Source: Edaphobacter aggregans (GTDB taxonomy: Bacteria > Acidobacteriota > Terriglobia > Terriglobales > Acidobacteriaceae). From it: a DNA stretch of 32,000 nucleotides. The DNA lies in assembly GCF_003945235.1 (NCBI RefSeq), contig NZ_RSDW01000001.1, forward strand, positions 1,020,001-1,052,000. Reading direction: 5' to 3'. A model generated the notes under the pieces. The model made no database searches, was not told the DNA's origin, and was given only the letters and a program-made list of their open reading frames with translations. This document shows, piece by piece, positions 26,127-32,000 of this stretch; within the stretch, counting starts at the first letter, position 1; the number at the start of each line of letters is the position of its first letter. The position numbers and the translations under genes are program-made.

Positions 26127-27131
26127 ATGAGGCGAATCGCTCTCGCTCTGGTTTTGTTTTGTTCTATGAGATACGGGACCGCACAAAACACGCCACTAAT
26201 CTCCGGCGGAGTTGGTTTTTTGACATCTACAAATGGTGGTAATACGACATATCTACCAATTATCGAACCTCTTTTCGCCGCTCCAATTGGTAACCATTTT
26301 TTTGTCGAATCGCGAGCGGCATTGGTCGAGGTCTTTTTCCCGAATGGCAATGGTTACGGCCACACCCATTCCATCGGGCTTACATATCTGCAGGGAGCCT
26401 ACCTCGCTTCTCCGCATATCACCGTAGTCGGCGGCAGCTTTCTAATTCCGTTTGGCACCTACAATGAGCGTCTATCCCCTGTATGGATCAACAATTTACA
26501 GGACGGGCCATTGATCTCCAGTCTGGGCACCATGTCTACTGGCACTGGTCTGGGCGGGATGATGCGCGGATCGGCCATCTCGCGACGTAAATACTCCATC
26601 GATTACGCCGCATACTTCTCCGCCTTAAGCCAAAACGAACAGTTCAATGCCAGGCGTTCCTCCGGTGGCCGGGTCAACCTTTACCTCCCCGAAAGTCGTC
26701 TGGAGATCGGGTTCTCTTATAACCGTCTACTGCAAGGCACGCAGGAGAACTTTTATGGCACACACGTTTGGTGGCAGCCAAAGAACACCGCCCTTCGCCT
26801 GCGCTCCGAGTTCGCACGCGGCGGTCACGCGCAGGGCTACTGGATCGAAGCCGACTATCGCTTGCAACGGTTCGGTGGCCCCGATAGTTGGATTGGCCGA
26901 ATCGAGCCCGTGTTCCGTATGCAACAAACTTTTCGCCTCGACACAAGCGCCAGCGACGGTCTCCCCCTTGTAAACACACAGCGGGCCGACTTCGGGTTGA
27001 ACTACAATCTGCCGCACAACACGAGAATACTTACCAGTTACTCAAGGCAGTTCTCTTCCACCGGCAATACCAATATCTGGGAGACAGGAATTGTCTATCG
27101 TTTCCTGTTTCCCGCCTGGAAAGGAAAATGA
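26127..27131 (+). CDS. Outer-membrane beta-barrel (porin-like) protein, 334 aa
   Basis: Signal peptide MRRIALALVLFCSMRYGTAQ. The rest shows alternating amphipathic, aromatic- and Gly-rich segments (YNLPHNTRILTSYSRQF, ETGIVYRF). The start at 26127 is chosen for AGGA 8 nt upstream; 26118 is also possible. Confidence 0.65.
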   Translation: MRRIALALVLFCSMRYGTAQNTPLISGGVGFLTSTNGGNTTYLPIIEPLFAAPIGNHFFVESRAALVEVFFPNGNGYGHTHSIGLTYLQGAYLASPHITVVGGSFLIPFGTYNERLSPVWINNLQDGPLISSLGTMSTGTGLGGMMRGSAISRRKYSIDYAAYFSALSQNEQFNARRSSGGRVNLYLPESRLEIGFSYNRLLQGTQENFYGTHVWWQPKNTALRLRSEFARGGHAQGYWIEADYRLQRFGGPDSWIGRIEPVFRMQQTFRLDTSASDGLPLVNTQRADFGLNYNLPHNTRILTSYSRQFSSTGNTNIWETGIVYRFLFPAWKGK

Positions 27132-27454
27132 CCATGCGCCAGAGATATCTTTTCGCTGGCTGCCTTGTCTTAGGGGCTGCCTTTACCACTTCGCTAGCTG
27201 AGTTACAGGCCCAATCGCGCCACACTCCACCACCCACCGCCCAAACAGACAAAAAACAGACGGCCTCCACACCAGGCTCTCAGCAGCAACAGAATGAGGG
27301 AGCGCGCATCTTCGAACAGAACTGCTCACGCTGCCACACAGCTCCGGATGGCTTCTCGCCACGTATCTCCGGTACGATCGTTCGTCACATGCGGATTCGG
27401 GCATCGCTCAGCCAACATGACGAACAGGAGCTACTGCGCTTCTTCAATCCATAA
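27128..27454 (+). CDS. Monoheme c-type cytochrome, exported, 108 aa
   Basis: Single CxxCH (EGARIFEQNCSRCH), an N-terminal signal sequence and a candidate distal Met (VRHM). The ATG overlaps the porin stop (ATGA), with AAGGA upstream. Confidence 0.75.
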   Translation: MTMRQRYLFAGCLVLGAAFTTSLAELQAQSRHTPPPTAQTDKKQTASTPGSQQQQNEGARIFEQNCSRCHTAPDGFSPRISGTIVRHMRIRASLSQHDEQELLRFFNP

Positions 27455-27559
27455 ATAGATCCTGTGATGAAGCCAGGTTCGGGCTACAGAAAAACTCTCC
27501 ACAGATCCAGCATGATAGGCTGCACCGCCAGTTGCCATCGATGATCTAATATTTTCTGA

Positions 27560-29533
27560 ATGACCAAACACAATATTAGCCAGGGACTTACGCGCCGGGA
27601 TCTCCTGCGCCTCTCAACCGCCGGAGCAACTGCATTAGGCGCTAAACTCGCATTTCCCGAGTGGGTCTCAGCAGCAGTCGAACAAAACGGCACTCCTCAG
27701 ACGGCCACAACCCTCTACGCCCAACTCCTGCAGACCTGGTGCGATGGTCTGCTCGAACATCAGGTCACAGAGATTCAGAATCCGGCCCTTCACGGAGCGC
27801 TTCTCTGCCCTGCCTGCGCGCTCATTCACGGACGCTGCGGTGACGCCGTCTACCCTCTTCTACGCGTAGCCCACACAACCGGTAACGCGAAATATCTCAA
27901 CGCAGCTCTCCTCGTGCACGAATGGTCAGAACGACAGGTAAGCCGCGCCGACGGTAGTTGGATCAACGACGTTACTCTCAGTTCGTGGAAAGGCATCACC
28001 GTCTTTCACGCCATCTCTCTCGCCGAAGCGCTCCGGCACCACAGCGCTCTCCTCGATACCGCCACCCACCAGCGCTGGACCAACCGCCTCGCCCGCGCTG
28101 CGAAATTCCTCGACACCTTCATCTCCATCGAAACCGGCAATATCAACTACCCTGTCACCTCCTCCTTCTGCTTCGCCCTATGCGGCCAGGTCCTCGGCAA
28201 CGACCACTATCTCGACCGTGCCCGCCAGCTAGCCCACACCACCCTCGATTACTTCACGCCCAACAACTTTCTCTACGGCGAGGGCCACCCCCTCAAAGGC
28301 CTTACTGCGAAACACTGCCATCCGGTCGACCTCGGCTATAACGTCGAAGAGTCCCTTCCCTCCCTCGCGCAGTACGCTCTACTCACCAACGACAAGCTCG
28401 TCCTAGATCAGACCATCGCCGCCCTACGCACCCACATGGAGTTCATGCTCCCCGACGGAGCCTGGGACAACAGCTGGGGCACCCGCAACTACAAGTGGAG
28501 TTGGTGGGGAAGCCGCACCAGCGACGGCTGTCATCCCGCCTACGTCCTCCTCGCGCCACACGAGCCAAAGTTCCGCGAAGTCGCCTACCGCAATCTCGAA
28601 TTCATGGCCGCCTGCACCCACAACAATCTCCTCTACGGCGGTTCCGACTACTTCGCCCATGGCGACCTTCCCTGCATCCACCACACCTTCACCCACGCCA
28701 AAGCCCTGGCAACCGTACTCGATAGCGGCGCCGACGACCTTGTCCCCGCACCGCGCCTCACACTCCCACGCGACGAACCCTACGGCGTCAAAACTTATCC
28801 CGAGATCGGTACTCATCTCGCCGCCATCGGCCCGTGGCGCGCCACCGTCACCGACTACGACTGGGAATACGTCGAACACGTCCAATCCGGCAGCGGCGCA
28901 TCAGGCGGAGGCCACGTCTCGGGCGGAACCCTCTCCCTCCTCTTCCATCGCCAACTCGGCCCCATCCTTACCGCCAGCATGACCGAGTACCAGATGATCG
29001 AAATCTCCAATCAACAAACCTTCGGCGACTACCCCCACATGTCACTCGCCCCACGCATCGAGCTCATCAGCGACAAGACCTACACCAGCACAACCGACTT
29101 CGCCGCAACTCTGACCTCCACCAGCACACCAGCGAAAATCACCTTCGACGCCAGCGGTCGCCTGCTCACCGCCGCTCACCAACCACCGTCGACAGGAGAC
29201 CTGCACTACCACCTCACATACCGTCTCAACGACACCGCCATAGAAATCGAAGCCACCGCCGACGCCGCAGTTCCCCTCCCCGCCCCGTTGCGTTTCATCC
29301 TTCCCGTCATCTCACGATCCACCGAATCCATCAATCAAACCGACCCCAAAACCATTCGCATTGCCAAACCAGGCGGAACTCTTATCGTCCGCACCGACGC
29401 TCCCCACGGCTTCGAACTGATACCGAACGAACGAACATTCAATCTAGTTCCAGGCTTCGAGTGCGCTCCTCTAACAATCGCCATGCAACCCAGCAAGCCG
29501 ATCCGAATTCAAATGGAATCTCAGCTCCCGTAG
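27560..29533 (+). CDS. Tat-exported hypothetical protein, alpha/alpha-toroid-like N-terminal part plus beta-rich C-terminal part, 657 aa
   Basis: Twin-arginine signal (GLTRRDLLRLSTAGATALGA...VSA). Two DG[SA]W motifs (RADGSWIND, LPDGAWDNSWG) are reminiscent of prenyltransferase/squalene-oxidase-type repeats. There is also a Cys cluster, CPACALIHGRC. The function is not assignable by eye. Confidence 0.7.
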   Translation: MTKHNISQGLTRRDLLRLSTAGATALGAKLAFPEWVSAAVEQNGTPQTATTLYAQLLQTWCDGLLEHQVTEIQNPALHGALLCPACALIHGRCGDAVYPLLRVAHTTGNAKYLNAALLVHEWSERQVSRADGSWINDVTLSSWKGITVFHAISLAEALRHHSALLDTATHQRWTNRLARAAKFLDTFISIETGNINYPVTSSFCFALCGQVLGNDHYLDRARQLAHTTLDYFTPNNFLYGEGHPLKGLTAKHCHPVDLGYNVEESLPSLAQYALLTNDKLVLDQTIAALRTHMEFMLPDGAWDNSWGTRNYKWSWWGSRTSDGCHPAYVLLAPHEPKFREVAYRNLEFMAACTHNNLLYGGSDYFAHGDLPCIHHTFTHAKALATVLDSGADDLVPAPRLTLPRDEPYGVKTYPEIGTHLAAIGPWRATVTDYDWEYVEHVQSGSGASGGGHVSGGTLSLLFHRQLGPILTASMTEYQMIEISNQQTFGDYPHMSLAPRIELISDKTYTSTTDFAATLTSTSTPAKITFDASGRLLTAAHQPPSTGDLHYHLTYRLNDTAIEIEATADAAVPLPAPLRFILPVISRSTESINQTDPKTIRIAKPGGTLIVRTDAPHGFELIPNERTFNLVPGFECAPLTIAMQPSKPIRIQMESQLP

Positions 29534-29653
29534 CGAATCATCAACTCCCGTGTTGTGGCCAGAGGCTGCAAGCTCGTAGCCTCTCGCTGCAAAAAACTCC
29601 ACGCTTCCTGCAAAGCGCTGGAAGACAAGCCAGAGCTACCCCATGCTTGGGGC

Positions 29654-30622
29654 ATGAGAATTCCTTACTGCTTACTCACGCCCACCCTGCTGATTGCTCT
29701 CGCTACAACTTCGTTCGCACAACGATCAAGCCTGTCGGAATTGTCGCAGGCGCAATCGTTGAATGAACAGGGTCAAACCCGTGCTGCGATTGCGATCCTA
29801 GAACCACTACTGCAACCGGAATCGCACATGCTCGACCCGGCCAACACCGGAATCGCCTGGAATTTGCTGGGTTCCGCCTATAGAAGCTTCGATGAGTACG
29901 ACAAAGCGCGACGCTGCTACGAGACTGCATCCCAAATCCTAAGTGCCGTCCCGAACGAACAGTCAGAGTACGCCTCGGCGCTCAATAACCTTGGCGCAAT
30001 CGAGGAATTCAAGGGGCAGTTCAACTCCTCGAAAACTCTGCGAATCAAAGCCAAACGTCTTTATGAATCAGTTGGCGATCACGCCGGCGTCGCCGTGGCC
30101 TCCAGCAATCTTGCGCAGCTAGCCTTCCATCAGAATGATCTGCCTACAGCTCGCAAGAACATGGCCGAGGCATTTCGCGAAGCACAACTCACAAATCAGA
30201 TCACCGACAACAATCTTGCAGCAATGTACACCGTGAAGAGCGCCCTCTCATATATGGAGAAGGACTTCCACGCGGCGATCGCGGCAGACCAGCACGCCAT
30301 AGATATCTGGACTCGTGTCCACGGCCCCGAATTCTACCAACTAGGACTTGCCTATAGACTCCGCGGCCAGGCATCCAGTCAACTCGGTGATAGTCAGCAG
30401 GCGATCTCCGATCTCCAGCATGCGCTGAAGCTTTTAGAAGGAATCCCGGGCAAAAATAGTCAAACCTATTTAATGACAGAGCTCATCTACGCGCGCATGC
30501 TTCGCGATGCAGGATCGACCCAGGAGGCCGAATTCCTTGAGAAGAAGGCGCAGACTGCTCTTACGACCGTTCGCATTCAGCAGTGCGGCGGTTGTACCAT
30601 TAGCGCAGAAAGCTTCCGGTAG
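29654..30622 (+). CDS. Exported tetratricopeptide-repeat protein, 322 aa
   Basis: ATG 29654 gives the signal peptide MRIPYCLLTPTLLIALATTSFAQ. TPR-like units repeat (AWNLLGSAYRSFDEYDKARRCYETA; ALNNLGAIEEFKGQFNSS...). The GTG at 29555 is rejected. Confidence 0.75.
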   Translation: MRIPYCLLTPTLLIALATTSFAQRSSLSELSQAQSLNEQGQTRAAIAILEPLLQPESHMLDPANTGIAWNLLGSAYRSFDEYDKARRCYETASQILSAVPNEQSEYASALNNLGAIEEFKGQFNSSKTLRIKAKRLYESVGDHAGVAVASSNLAQLAFHQNDLPTARKNMAEAFREAQLTNQITDNNLAAMYTVKSALSYMEKDFHAAIAADQHAIDIWTRVHGPEFYQLGLAYRLRGQASSQLGDSQQAISDLQHALKLLEGIPGKNSQTYLMTELIYARMLRDAGSTQEAEFLEKKAQTALTTVRIQQCGGCTISAESFR

Positions 30623-30629
30623 GGTGACA

Positions 30630-31766
30630 ATGAAGCAGCGACGCGAAACCTACACCAACGGCATTTCATCCGCGCTTGAATTAGGCTCGCTGCACCTTCG
30701 CGGAACATTTGTGGCGCTTGCGGCGGCGGTAATCATGTCTTTCCTCACCGCCACCGTCTGCCACGGGTTTGTTAATTCGACCCACTCGGCCCCCATGACC
30801 CCCGCGCTGCTCTTCGGTGCAGCCTTCTGGCTCTGGTGGGGAGTCGTCGCAATCGCCATGTGGTGGTTTGCGCAGCGATGGCCCTCCCTGCTCACTTGCA
30901 CGGCGCGAAGCCTTTCTCTTCACGCCGTACTTGCCTGCCTGCTGGGTCTCGCACACCTGGCATTGTTGCAGCAAATGCTCAACTTCGCCGCCCGGCATTG
31001 GCCAGCCTGGGCCCCCGCGATGGACTACTTTAATCTCATGCGATTTGGATTCGAATTCCTGCTCTACGGATTCGTCCTCGGATTCTCCGGGCTGCTCCAT
31101 GTGCAATCGCAGGCCCAGCGAGACGCAATGCGCTCCCTCGAGTTGGAAAAGCAGCTCTCGCAAGCTCAACTCAAAGCCCTGCAGATGCAGCTAGAGCCGC
31201 ACTTCCTCTTCAACACGCTCAATGCGGTGACCACGCTGGTCGAGCTAGGAAGAAACCAGGAAGCCTCCGAGACACTCGCACACCTCAATACCATTCTGCG
31301 AACAACCCTGCAGCGAAATACCCCTGAAAAAGTCCCCTTCGCACAGGAATTGCAAGTGGTCGAAAGCTACCTGGCAATCCAGCAGGTCCGTTTTGCAGAC
31401 CGTCTCCGCGTGCAGTTCCATACAACACCCGAAGCGCTCGACGGCCTCGTCCCCTGCTTCATCCTGCAGCCCATCATTGAGAACGCCATCCGCCATGGAA
31501 TCTCCCACCGCGAAAGCGATGGCCTGCTCGAAACCTCTGTCGAACGCATCGGCGACAAACTAAGCCTGCGCGTCCGCGACAATGGCCCGGGCCTGAACGG
31601 CTCCTCGAAGCAGAGCAATGGCCATGGCATCGGCATGCGCAACACGCGCGAGCGCCTCTCTTACTTCTATCCCGGCGCATACGACTTAGTTGCCGTCGAA
31701 CCCGAGACCGGCGGGTACGAAGTCACCATCCGAATTCCCTACGAGCGCCAGAGATCACGCGCATGA
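30630..31766 (+). CDS. Membrane sensor histidine kinase, LytS/YehU-type (His_kinase plus HATPase_c), 378 aa
   Basis: Four to five N-terminal TM segments. The H-box region is LQMQLEPHFLFNTLNAV, followed by ATPase motifs (IIENAIRHG, DNGPG, GHGIGMRNTRERL). Confidence 0.85.
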   Translation: MKQRRETYTNGISSALELGSLHLRGTFVALAAAVIMSFLTATVCHGFVNSTHSAPMTPALLFGAAFWLWWGVVAIAMWWFAQRWPSLLTCTARSLSLHAVLACLLGLAHLALLQQMLNFAARHWPAWAPAMDYFNLMRFGFEFLLYGFVLGFSGLLHVQSQAQRDAMRSLELEKQLSQAQLKALQMQLEPHFLFNTLNAVTTLVELGRNQEASETLAHLNTILRTTLQRNTPEKVPFAQELQVVESYLAIQQVRFADRLRVQFHTTPEALDGLVPCFILQPIIENAIRHGISHRESDGLLETSVERIGDKLSLRVRDNGPGLNGSSKQSNGHGIGMRNTRERLSYFYPGAYDLVAVEPETGGYEVTIRIPYERQRSRA

Positions 31767-32000
31767 AGCTCAAAACCATCGTTGCGGACGACGAGCCGCT
31801 GGCAAGAGAGAGGCTCAAGCTCCTCCTCTCACACGATGACGAGGTCGAAGTCATCGCCGAATGCCGGAACGGTAAGGAGACCATCGCACGTCTGAAATCC
31901 GCTCCGGCCGACCTGCTCTTCCTCGATATCCAGATGCCCGGCATCGGAGGTTTCGACGTCATCGACTCCATGGGTCTTCCTCATATGCCCCCAACCGTCT
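31763..32000 (+). CDS. Response regulator receiver domain (probable LytTR family), 3' end beyond the window
   Basis: My own translation is MKLKTIVADDEPLARERLKLLL...DLLFLDIQMPGIGGFDVI. The ATG overlaps the kinase stop (ATGA). The frame is open to the window end, so it is absent from the ORF track. Confidence 0.8.
   Translation, partial: MKLKTIVADDEPLARERLKLLLSHDDEVEVIAECRNGKETIARLKSAPADLLFLDIQMPGIGGFDVIDSMGLPHMPPTV

Noticed and set aside
5775-27559. Lower-GC3 block interpreted as a classical genomic island or mobile element
   Set aside because: I could find no integrase, transposase, tRNA attachment site or flanking direct repeats. The block also contains a core respiratory operon. The compositional observation is kept as a finding without a mobility claim.
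28834-29766. 310-aa Arg/Pro/His-rich ORF overlapping the Tat-exported protein gene
   Set aside because: It has the same shadow-frame signature (R, P, H, S repeats). The overlapping frame has a Tat signal and protein-like composition.
1-32000. CRISPR arrays, tRNA/rRNA genes, IS elements
   Set aside because: I saw no regularly spaced direct repeats, no cloverleaf-compatible conserved tRNA boxes, no rRNA-like segments and no transposase-like ORFs on reading both strands. A tRNAscan or Infernal run would be needed to confirm.

Overview
GC-rich bacterial chromosomal window, probably from an Acidobacteriota (Terriglobia-like) genome. That assignment is an inference from two acidobacterial-type secreted VWA proteins, a 1143-aa TonB-dependent receptor with an N-terminal carboxypeptidase-regulatory-like domain, and the codon style. 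I call 27 protein-coding genes. I saw no rRNA, tRNA, CRISPR array, transposase or integrase by eye. Gene order: uvrC (5'-truncated by the window), pyrE, a small zinc-ribbon ORF, mtnA, and two convergent VWA paralogs. The second VWA gene is co-oriented with a 1064-aa orphan lipoprotein. Next come an ~840-bp non-coding gap and a type-B sdhCAB operon with an extra helical-repeat gene. An operon follows that encodes an amino-acid permease, two tandem AhpD/CMD-like paralogs and a Cys-containing secreted protein. After the cluster described below come a porin-like gene overlapping a monoheme cytochrome c gene, a Tat-exported alpha/alpha-toroid-like protein, a TPR protein and a LytS/LytTR-type two-component pair (response regulator truncated by the window). 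The most unusual region is 17.8-25.9 kb, which holds two divergent, tightly coupled operons. One encodes a CuA-motif cupredoxin, a 40-aa micro-ORF and an NTP_transf_5-like nucleotidyltransferase. The other encodes a TonB-dependent receptor, an HPr-kinase-like P-loop kinase and an MFS transporter. This kinase plus nucleotidyltransferase pairing is known from RiPP (lasso peptide) tailoring, but no cyclase or protease is present. The kinase sits between an outer-membrane and an inner-membrane transporter gene. I flag this as a candidate undescribed uptake/modification or metallophore-like system. A second feature is a sharp mosaic of two codon-usage regimes across the window. All function calls rest on motif recognition by eye; no searches were run.
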